64,000 nt of DNA from Candidatus Gastranaerophilales bacterium (GTDB taxonomy: Bacteria; Cyanobacteriota; Vampirovibrionia; Gastranaerophilales; Gastranaerophilaceae), in assembly GCA_017467305.1 (NCBI GenBank), contig JAFTSM010000065.1, positions 1,353-65,352 of the forward strand, read 5' to 3'. This document shows, piece after piece, positions 44,958 through 52,234 of the stretch. The notes under the pieces were generated by a model. That model made no database searches and was not told where the DNA came from. It saw only the letters and a list, made by a program, of their open reading frames with translations. Every line of letters begins with the position of its first letter. The stretch's first letter is position 1. The position numbers were made by a program, and so were the translations under genes.

Positions 44958-46085
44958 ATGCAAAATCAACAGAATCAAAGTAATAAAAGTAATAAAAGAA
45001 AAAGTTGTCATATTCTAAGACATGGGATGTGTTTTTTTGGTCAATATATTTCATCTTGCTGCTTTTCACCAGTTGACCAAATAGATAATCAAACGCCACC
45101 TCTTTTGTGTGATTTGACTGGTGGTGAAAGTTATTCTACAGATTTATTATTTGAAAGAATAGAACAATATGAAAAACAATTTAGTGAGGGTGGTTGTCCA
45201 AGAGAATGTGCAAACTGCTATCATATAGAAGAAAAAGATTGGTCTGATGACGATAAAAAAGGCAAATATATTGATTACATAACTATTACTCATTTTACAA
45301 AGTGTAGTGCAAATTGTATTTATTGTTCAAATAATAATACGTTGCAAGAACGTAAAAATAATACTTATAAAATAGTTCCTATATTAAATGATTTAAAGGA
45401 AAAAGGATTAATTAAAAAACATTGTGAGTTGCATATCGGTGGTGGTGAGTTTACAATTTATGATGAGTGTGATGAACTTTTAAATTCATATGCGGTTAAC
45501 GATTTTGCAAGGGTTTTTGTACCAACTAATGCTATTAAATATTCAGAAACTTTATTTCAAGCAATGGATAAAGCAACGACTTATATAATTGTTTCTTTAG
45601 ATTGTGGTAGCAGAAAGTTATATAAGCGTATTAAACGTGTTGATGCCTTTGATAAGGTAATTGAAAATCTAACAATGTATGCTAAAACAAAAAAATCACA
45701 AGATGCTATTAGATTGAAGTATATTATCTTACCTACAGTTAATGACAGTATATGTGAATTTAAAAAATTCTTAAGAGTTGCGAAAAAACTTAAAGTTCAA
45801 AATCTGATTATTGATATTGATGCAAGATATGCAAGAATGAATAATTGGAAAATTGATGATTTTTATATTAATCTAGCAAAAAAAATGAATAATATTGCTA
45901 TAAAACAAGGTTTTATAACTGAATTTTACTCATTCTTTTTTCAATGTGAAAAAGGGACAACAGTAAAAACTTATAATTTGATTGAGGACTTTATCGAAAG
46001 TCTAAAATTTAAATATTTCAATAAAGATTCGGAGAAAATAATTTCTTTATATAAGAATGAGAAAGTCTTTTTTAATTCAAAATAA
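44958..46085 (+). CDS. radical SAM protein, clade A (A14)
   Basis: The ATG directly abuts the A13 TAA. CSANCIYC, IGGGEFT, SLDCGSRKLYKRIKRVDAF, ILPTVNDS. Confidence 0.8.
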   Translation: MQNQQNQSNKSNKRKSCHILRHGMCFFGQYISSCCFSPVDQIDNQTPPLLCDLTGGESYSTDLLFERIEQYEKQFSEGGCPRECANCYHIEEKDWSDDDKKGKYIDYITITHFTKCSANCIYCSNNNTLQERKNNTYKIVPILNDLKEKGLIKKHCELHIGGGEFTIYDECDELLNSYAVNDFARVFVPTNAIKYSETLFQAMDKATTYIIVSLDCGSRKLYKRIKRVDAFDKVIENLTMYAKTKKSQDAIRLKYIILPTVNDSICEFKKFLRVAKKLKVQNLIIDIDARYARMNNWKIDDFYINLAKKMNNIAIKQGFITEFYSFFFQCEKGTTVKTYNLIEDFIESLKFKYFNKDSEKIISLYKNEKVFFNSK

Positions 46086-46176
46086 CTGTTTAATAATTTT
46101 CTTTAATTGTAAAATAGCAAAAAATATTTTTACGTGATTTGTATCAATTAGTTCACAATAAAAGAGAAGGAAAGTT

Positions 46177-47478
46177 ATGAAGATATCTTCTATAAATATT
46201 TATAATAAACCTGCTTTTTCTGCTAGAAGAAATGGGAAATATGTTGGTCAACACGCAAAAAATGATTCAAATAGAAAACTAGTAAATACTATTGGTGGTA
46301 TTGGGTTAGCTGCAACAACTGTTATTGGTGCTGGTGTTACTAGTTGTATGAATACTTCTGAACCAACTGTTCCAGTACAACCAACTAATCCAACTTCAGC
46401 TTATGTTGAAACAGTAGAAACAAAACCAATGGAAACTATTATTGAAGAAACTTTATCACAACAAAATCAGCATCAAAGTAATACTCCAGTAATAACTACA
46501 CGACCATTGTCAGAAAGAAAAGCTGTGTGGTATGAAGTAAAAAGTGGTGATAGATTAGCTGATATTGTTAAAGATTTTGCAGGATTGCATGAATTAACGG
46601 AAGATAAAGAGTTAGTGCCTTATTACAATTTGTTAGAAGCTGACAACCCTGGCAAATGGGAAAGCAGAGATAAAATATTAATAGGTACAAGATTTAGAGT
46701 TGATAGTATTATGCCAGAAAATATTATCATAACTTATCCAAATTCCACTCAATCTAAACCTTATGTACAAGAACAAATTGAAGAAGAAGAGATTTTACCT
46801 ACAGAAGAACAACAATTGACTTCAGAAGATGATAAGGTTGAAATTAACGGCAATTTATTTACCTTTGATTTGGGTACATTAGATAAAAAAATGTTCGGTG
46901 ATTATGAAGGCCTGATGTTTGGTAAATTTGTTGAATTAGACAAAAAAATGAATGGTAATTTAATATTAACAAGATATGAAGGAACTAATTCTGATAGTGA
47001 AGTAGTACAACAGTTGATTTATGACGAAGATGGTAATATTACGACTGTATCAGAATATCAAGATAATAAACCATCTAAAATTTATACTTATGTATATAGA
47101 ATTGATTCTACTGAAGAAACAATGGTTGATAAAACAGCAAAATCTGGTCAAATTGATGAAATAAAAACAATTTTTGATTCAAAAGAAGACAGAGTAAATT
47201 CAAGAGAATTTTCTGTAGATGGAAAAACAATTGTAAACTTTGATTTTGTTAGTGGTTTTGCACAAATAGGTGAATCAATTTGGGCTTTAGATGAAGGAAC
47301 ATTTACTTGTAATGATGATATTATTGGTTCAAAAAGATACACTGGAAAAATCGAAGGAGTAGATGTTTGTTTTGATGTATTAAAAAATGGATATTGTTTA
47401 GAATACTTAAATGCAGAAGGCGATATTGCATCTAGAGAACAATATGATGCAAAGGGTAATTTCCTTTGTGTTGAATAA
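46177..47478 (+). CDS. membrane-anchored protein with LysM-like domain
   Basis: One TM (IGGIGLAATTVIGAGVTS). YEVKSGDRLADIVKDFAG...ILIGTRFRV resembles LysM. The N-terminus is MKISSINIYNKPAFSARR. Confidence 0.5.
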   Translation: MKISSINIYNKPAFSARRNGKYVGQHAKNDSNRKLVNTIGGIGLAATTVIGAGVTSCMNTSEPTVPVQPTNPTSAYVETVETKPMETIIEETLSQQNQHQSNTPVITTRPLSERKAVWYEVKSGDRLADIVKDFAGLHELTEDKELVPYYNLLEADNPGKWESRDKILIGTRFRVDSIMPENIIITYPNSTQSKPYVQEQIEEEEILPTEEQQLTSEDDKVEINGNLFTFDLGTLDKKMFGDYEGLMFGKFVELDKKMNGNLILTRYEGTNSDSEVVQQLIYDEDGNITTVSEYQDNKPSKIYTYVYRIDSTEETMVDKTAKSGQIDEIKTIFDSKEDRVNSREFSVDGKTIVNFDFVSGFAQIGESIWALDEGTFTCNDDIIGSKRYTGKIEGVDVCFDVLKNGYCLEYLNAEGDIASREQYDAKGNFLCVE

Positions 47479-47507
47479 TCTATAAAAGTATAAAATAATC
47501 TAATAAA

Positions 47508-47537
47508 AACGACTTGATATATTTTTATTAAGTCGTT
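47508..47537 (+). terminator. intrinsic terminator candidate
   Basis: AACGACTT ... AAGTCGTT hairpin followed by a T-rich tail. Confidence 0.5.
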
Positions 47538-47701
47538 CTTTGTATTTTATCTTTAATGAAAAATTTAAGTTAATATTAGTTTTATCATTGAATAAATGTA
47601 AAATTAATAAATGTAAACTTTGCCTTAAATTTTCTATTTTTTAATCAATTTAGAATATAGAAATTTGTTAATTATAATATGTGTTAATATAAGGTTTTTT
47701 A

Positions 47702-49420
47702 ATGCAAATTTTATCAAGTAATAGTGTCTATTTCCCTAATGAAATAAATAAAGAAAATGAAGTAAGAAACAGTAGATTACGTTCTACTGTTGCGCATACA
47801 ACGGCATCTACAACAGCTTCAACAACTGCAAGTACAACAGCTTCAACAACTGCAAGTACAACAGCTTCAACAACTGCAAGTACAACAGCTTCAACTACAG
47901 CTAGTACAACAGCCTCAACAACTGCAAGTACGACTGCAAGCACAACGGCTAGCACAACTACTCCTATGTTGTCATCTGCAGTTATTACTAAATCTATTGT
48001 TTCTACTATGTCTACTGCTTTCGCTAAAAAACTTAGTGAAATAAAGAAAACTAAAAATAATGAATTACAAAATATTCCACCAGAAGAACTTTATAAATTA
48101 ATCTCTGAGTTATATACTTCTTCTTTTGAACTAAGTGGTGTAGATTCTCAATTAAGACCAACTTTAGAAATTGTTTATAACGATGAAATTTATGTTTTAA
48201 AACCAGATAATAGTGTTGAACTTAAAGAGGCAGATGATGATGCCAAATCTAACCAATTTGATTTGGCTTATTATAACTCAGATAACCATGTTGTAAGATT
48301 TTATGCAAATCAATACGTTAATGGAAATTGTGCTTGCATTGAAGAAACATTGTCTCATGAACTTTATCATGCAGAAGAAGCTATTTTAAGAAACAGTATT
48401 CCACAAGCGGATAGAAATGAAATAGTTAAAGAAGTTTTACTTGATAATATAAAAAATGGAGAGTCTCATAGAATTATCAAATCTTACGACGGTGAAAATT
48501 ACCAAATGATGACATCTCCAGTTTTACCAAATAATTTATCTGAAGATTATGCTGAATTTGCAGAGAAAAATTTATTCAATGAAGATAAAGAACTTTTAGA
48601 TAAAATGCAAGAATATTATGATTTAAAGTATATTCAAAAAGATAAAGATAGTTCTAGGCTTCTTGAATTAGAGCAAGAATTAGCACCGGTTTTAAATGAA
48701 TTAGACAAAATGTCTAATAATATATATTATATACCTCAAGACTGCCATAGCATTGCATTTTGGAAAAATCCTGGCGAAAAGAGAAAGGAACTTTTAGCCT
48801 ATACAATTTCTGTTGAAAGTAGATATCATGCCTTTAAGCAAAAAGAAATAAAAACTGATTTACCAGTTGTTTCTGATTATGATAGAGACGCTGTAAAAAA
48901 ATCTATCTCATCAAATATTTCTGCTGTACAAGGGAATGAAGCGTTAGTTGCTGCAAGAAAAACAGAAGAATCTAAACATAAATATAACTTCTTAAAATCA
49001 GCTAATATGTTAGATGAAAGGTCAGCATTTCTTCAGTATTATTATAGTGAAGAAGAAGTTTCTGCAAGAAAAGAAGGTTATAATTCACAAATAACAGTCT
49101 TGAAAGCAAAACAGAAGAACGCTAATTTTTTTCAAAAAATTAAAATAAAAAAACAAATAGATGATATTAAAAAGAAAATTAAATTAGAAGAAGCTAATGC
49201 CGAAAACTATAGAGCTATTCAAAGATTAAGGACAAATCCAAATGATATGTCACTTATGTTTAAACAAAATATTGCACAAATTAAGGTTGATTTTATAAAA
49301 AATCCCGCTTCTATATTGCTACATATTTTTGGTTCTTGTTGCTGCGTTGGTGTAACATCTAATCTTTGTAATGATGCTGATGAACGTTATCAAAGAGCTT
49401 ATCATGGCGCGATAGCTTAG
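47702..49420 (+). CDS. hypothetical protein with (TTAS)13 tract and HExxH motif (putative zinc metallopeptidase)
   Basis: 572-aa ORF. (TTAS)13 at 47799-47954. HELYH at 48356-48370. Cys-rich C-terminus (GSCCCVGVTSNLC). No signal peptide. Confidence 0.55.
   Translation: MQILSSNSVYFPNEINKENEVRNSRLRSTVAHTTASTTASTTASTTASTTASTTASTTASTTASTTASTTASTTASTTASTTASTTTPMLSSAVITKSIVSTMSTAFAKKLSEIKKTKNNELQNIPPEELYKLISELYTSSFELSGVDSQLRPTLEIVYNDEIYVLKPDNSVELKEADDDAKSNQFDLAYYNSDNHVVRFYANQYVNGNCACIEETLSHELYHAEEAILRNSIPQADRNEIVKEVLLDNIKNGESHRIIKSYDGENYQMMTSPVLPNNLSEDYAEFAEKNLFNEDKELLDKMQEYYDLKYIQKDKDSSRLLELEQELAPVLNELDKMSNNIYYIPQDCHSIAFWKNPGEKRKELLAYTISVESRYHAFKQKEIKTDLPVVSDYDRDAVKKSISSNISAVQGNEALVAARKTEESKHKYNFLKSANMLDERSAFLQYYYSEEEVSARKEGYNSQITVLKAKQKNANFFQKIKIKKQIDDIKKKIKLEEANAENYRAIQRLRTNPNDMSLMFKQNIAQIKVDFIKNPASILLHIFGSCCCVGVTSNLCNDADERYQRAYHGAIA
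47799..47954 (+). repeat. 13 x 12-nt (6.5 x 24-nt) in-frame tandem repeat encoding TTAS
   Basis: The unit ACAACAGCTTCAACAACTGCAAGT is repeated three times perfectly (47811-47882). Degenerate copies lie on both sides. Confidence 0.9.
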
Positions 49421-49421
49421 T

Positions 49422-50009
49422 TTATATCATAACTTCTAGTTGATTTTCTTGTTTTGCTCTATTGATAAAATTTATGAAGCGTCTTTTAGAAAGTGCGTAT
49501 ACGCCTTCAGTTTCTGTTTCTTTAAATTTTAACTTTTTTTGAATAGTAGCTGGCTCTTCTGTTCCAGTTACTGAGATAACACTTTTGTCATATCTATCAG
49601 ATGCTCTTTGTGCTATATAAGCGACAAGGGGTTGCGCTCCATTTTCAAATTTTGCATTTTCACTTGCTTCTTCAAGCATTGTAGATAAACCTGGGTGTGG
49701 AATATTGTCAGTTCTAAAACGGTGAAGAGTTTGTGCGCAAGATACAACTTCTCCAGTTTTATCGACTTTTAATAAATAAAATTCTCTACCTTTATTGTAT
49801 GGAGCATTTTCTCTTTCAATGTCTATGCCATATCTTAAACAATGAGTATTTTTACTATATCTAATCTCTCTTACATCACTTTCTTCTAGAGGGTTCATTT
49901 TGTATATAGTTGCTGGTAAAACTTTTTGTGTTGATTTCTCTTTTACATTACAAGTAGCTACTGCGGTTTTACCAAATTTTAATTGTGTGTTTATTTTTGT
50001 TATTTTCAT
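49422..50009 (-). CDS. hypothetical protein
   Basis: 195-aa ORF convergent with the HExxH gene, with a 1-nt gap. The N-terminus is MKITKINTQLKFGKT. No confident domain. Confidence 0.5.
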   Translation of the reverse strand: MKITKINTQLKFGKTAVATCNVKEKSTQKVLPATIYKMNPLEESDVREIRYSKNTHCLRYGIDIERENAPYNKGREFYLLKVDKTGEVVSCAQTLHRFRTDNIPHPGLSTMLEEASENAKFENGAQPLVAYIAQRASDRYDKSVISVTGTEEPATIQKKLKFKETETEGVYALSKRRFINFINRAKQENQLEVMI

Positions 50010-50089
50010 TTATTTACTCCTATACCTTTTTTAAAAACTATAATAAAATTTTTTGCTATAATCTTATTGGTATATTTATGAGGTGCCCT

Positions 50090-51139
50090 ATGAAAATGCA
50101 AAAAATCTTATCATTATTTTTAGTTTGTGCTTTTGCTTGCTTTTCTTTTATGTTATGTGGTTTTACTTTCTTTAAAAAGAAAGAAACTAAGCAAGATAAG
50201 AAAGTTGAACAAACAGTTCAAAATTTTTCAGATATGCAATCTGATTTATGGTGTGTAACTTTCCAATTAGTTTGGAATGAGTTTATGCAAAAAATTACAA
50301 ATGGTCAACCAGTACAGTTTGTTGGTGGTAATCCTCCTATTGCAGATGAATTAAATAAGCAAAATTATACAAAAGATATTTTATCTAATAATTCATACTA
50401 TATTGCTGATGGCAAAATTTCTAAATCTTTAAAAAGAAAAATCGAAAGAGCTATTAAAAAGAAATTTAAAGAGACAAGTGATATTCTTGATTTTGTAGAT
50501 TGGAATGCTAAAGATTCTTATTTGTTCTATTCTATGTTGAAAAAAGAGTTTAATTATCAAAATCCGTTTGATGAGTTGGCTTCTTTAAAATTTAACAACT
50601 CAGTTGAAAAGGTTAAATATTTTGGTATTCATCCTGCTTCCAGCTCTAATGTAAGAGAAAATGTTCAAATTTTATTTTATAACTCTCCAGATGAGTATGC
50701 AGTACGTATTCTAACAAAAGAAAATGAAGATGTAATTTTATTTAGAACTGATAAAGACGATAATTTTGAAAATTACTATTCTTATGTCGTTGAAAATTCT
50801 TCTGTTGAGCCGTTTACTAAATATGATAATTTAAGAGTGCCAGAGATTAATGTAGATAAAATGGTATCCTATAATGATTTAATTGGTAAACAAATTAGTG
50901 GAACTAAATATGTTATATCCCAAGCTTTACAAACTATTAAATTTAAACTTGACAGAAAAGGTGGTAGTTTAAAAAGTGAAGCTGTGATTGGTGTAATGAA
51001 AATGTCTTTAATTAATCCAGATAAAGAAAGAGATTTTTTCTTTGATAAACCTTTTGTTATTTTCCTAAAAGAACAATGCAAAGATAAGCCGTATTATGCT
51101 ATGAAAGTTGATACAACAGAATATTTAGTAAAAGAATAA
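50090..51139 (+). CDS. serpin-like protein, probable lipoprotein
   Basis: The C-terminal FFFDKPFVIFL fits the serpin signature pattern [LIVMFY]-x-[LIVMFYAC]-[DNQ]-[RKHQS]-[PST]-F-[LIVMFY]-[LIVMFYC]-x-[LIVMFAH]. The N-terminal MKMQKILSLFLVCAFACFSFMLCGF is a signal/lipobox-like sequence. The ATG at 50090 behind GAGGTG is preferred over the track start at 49985. Confidence 0.55.
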   Translation: MKMQKILSLFLVCAFACFSFMLCGFTFFKKKETKQDKKVEQTVQNFSDMQSDLWCVTFQLVWNEFMQKITNGQPVQFVGGNPPIADELNKQNYTKDILSNNSYYIADGKISKSLKRKIERAIKKKFKETSDILDFVDWNAKDSYLFYSMLKKEFNYQNPFDELASLKFNNSVEKVKYFGIHPASSSNVRENVQILFYNSPDEYAVRILTKENEDVILFRTDKDDNFENYYSYVVENSSVEPFTKYDNLRVPEINVDKMVSYNDLIGKQISGTKYVISQALQTIKFKLDRKGGSLKSEAVIGVMKMSLINPDKERDFFFDKPFVIFLKEQCKDKPYYAMKVDTTEYLVKE

Positions 51140-51146
51140 GAAAAGA

Positions 51147-51166
51147 AGCCCCTAATGGGGCTTTTC
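51147..51166 (+). terminator. intrinsic terminator candidate
   Basis: AGCCCC-taat-GGGGCT followed by TTTT. Confidence 0.5.
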
Positions 51167-51203
51167 CCTTGCAAATATTTATAAAAATCTTATAATTTAT
51201 AGT

Positions 51204-51572
51204 ATGAGAAAGTTTTTATTTTTGTTTTTATTTATATTTTTTGTACAAAGTGCTTATGCGCACTTTGATATGACAACTCCAGTAGAAGGGAACTCAATAG
51301 CTACTGATAATTTACAAACAGAAGTTCTTGAAGATGTTTATGAATTAGTTTTCCCTTTAGATTCAAAATGTACAGATTATAAAGTTAAAGATACACAGAT
51401 AATTCATTACCCATATGATGTAAAAAAGAAAAAAGGTCGGTATGTAAAAGGGTATTGGAAAGAGCTATGGTCTGTTGATTATTGTGGTTCTGTTGTTCAG
51501 GTTCCTATAACTTTCTATATAAAAGGTAAGAAGACCAAATATAATATAGATACTAATTTTTTGGTTGATTAA
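51204..51572 (+). CDS. small secreted hypothetical protein
   Basis: Signal peptide MRKFLFLFLFIFFVQSAYA. 122 aa. Confidence 0.55.
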   Translation: MRKFLFLFLFIFFVQSAYAHFDMTTPVEGNSIATDNLQTEVLEDVYELVFPLDSKCTDYKVKDTQIIHYPYDVKKKKGRYVKGYWKELWSVDYCGSVVQVPITFYIKGKKTKYNIDTNFLVD

Positions 51573-51641
51573 GATTATATAAATTACTAGCAAAAAAAAT
51601 ATTTTGAGTTTTTATTCTTACTAAATAAGAGGTATTTATAT

Positions 51642-52214
51642 ATGATTACACGTGTTCAATCCCCATCATTTAAAGCATATGTTCCAGTTCAATTTTATGC
51701 AAAAAATCCAGCTAATGGTAAGTATGTTCCAGTTTTAAAACGTGAAAATATAAAAAGATGCCAAGGTTTTGTTGTTCGTAATTTGAATGGCACTGCCAAA
51801 AATAATAAAAATGAAAAATTTGTTGATTACTATAAACAACATGATAGTGACTACCAAAAAATTCCTTCTGTTCATTCCGTTTATGACCATGAAAATCCAA
51901 TAGTTTATATGGTAACAGGTAGCGATGTGGATAAAGTTCGTGAAATGGCAAAGCCTATTGGTAAAGCTAAAGCTGATTCACTTGATACTTTTGGTCATAC
52001 AAAGACCTTTGAAGTTGCACAAGCTGGTCGAGATTATTATAGAGAAGTTCAGCACTTTATTAAAAATACTTGTAAATGTTTAAAATCAGATGAAGGCAAA
52101 AATTTAATGTTAAGAGTTTATTTCGACCCTGTGTATGGTAAAAGAGGTAAACAGAAGGGAAAACTTCAAGGTTTCGATTTTGTAAACGCAAGATTTCTAG
52201 TAGAGCAAGGTTGA
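51642..52214 (+). CDS. hypothetical protein
   Basis: 190-aa basic ORF. The N-terminus is MITRVQSPSFKAY. SD is AAGAGG. Confidence 0.5.
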   Translation: MITRVQSPSFKAYVPVQFYAKNPANGKYVPVLKRENIKRCQGFVVRNLNGTAKNNKNEKFVDYYKQHDSDYQKIPSVHSVYDHENPIVYMVTGSDVDKVREMAKPIGKAKADSLDTFGHTKTFEVAQAGRDYYREVQHFIKNTCKCLKSDEGKNLMLRVYFDPVYGKRGKQKGKLQGFDFVNARFLVEQG

Positions 52215-52226
52215 AAACCTTGCTCT
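52202..52226. terminator. hairpin between convergent genes
   Basis: AGAGCAAGG (52202-52210) pairs with CCTTGCTCT (52218-52226). It overlaps the stop codon of the 190-aa gene. Confidence 0.5.
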
Positions 52227-52234
52227 ATATTTAT

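Noticed and set aside
22577-46085. RiPP cluster interpretation: a search for precursor peptides in the radical-SAM array
   Set aside because: Intergenic gaps are 2-152 nt and contain promoters and SDs only. No small ORF with an SD was seen. There is no leader peptidase, ABC exporter or RiPP recognition element protein. A precursor encoded elsewhere cannot be excluded.
22443-46176. tRNA-Ser-flanked genomic island / integrative element
   Set aside because: No integrase, transposase or excisionase is present. I could not find a direct repeat of the tRNA 3' end (…TTCGAATCCCACCTCCTCC) at the right boundary (46086-46176). The tRNA adjacency may be coincidental.
47799-47954. Tandem repeat as a CRISPR array or minisatellite outside genes
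   Set aside because: The units are 12/24 nt without spacers and are fully in-frame inside a long ORF. It is a coding TTAS repeat.
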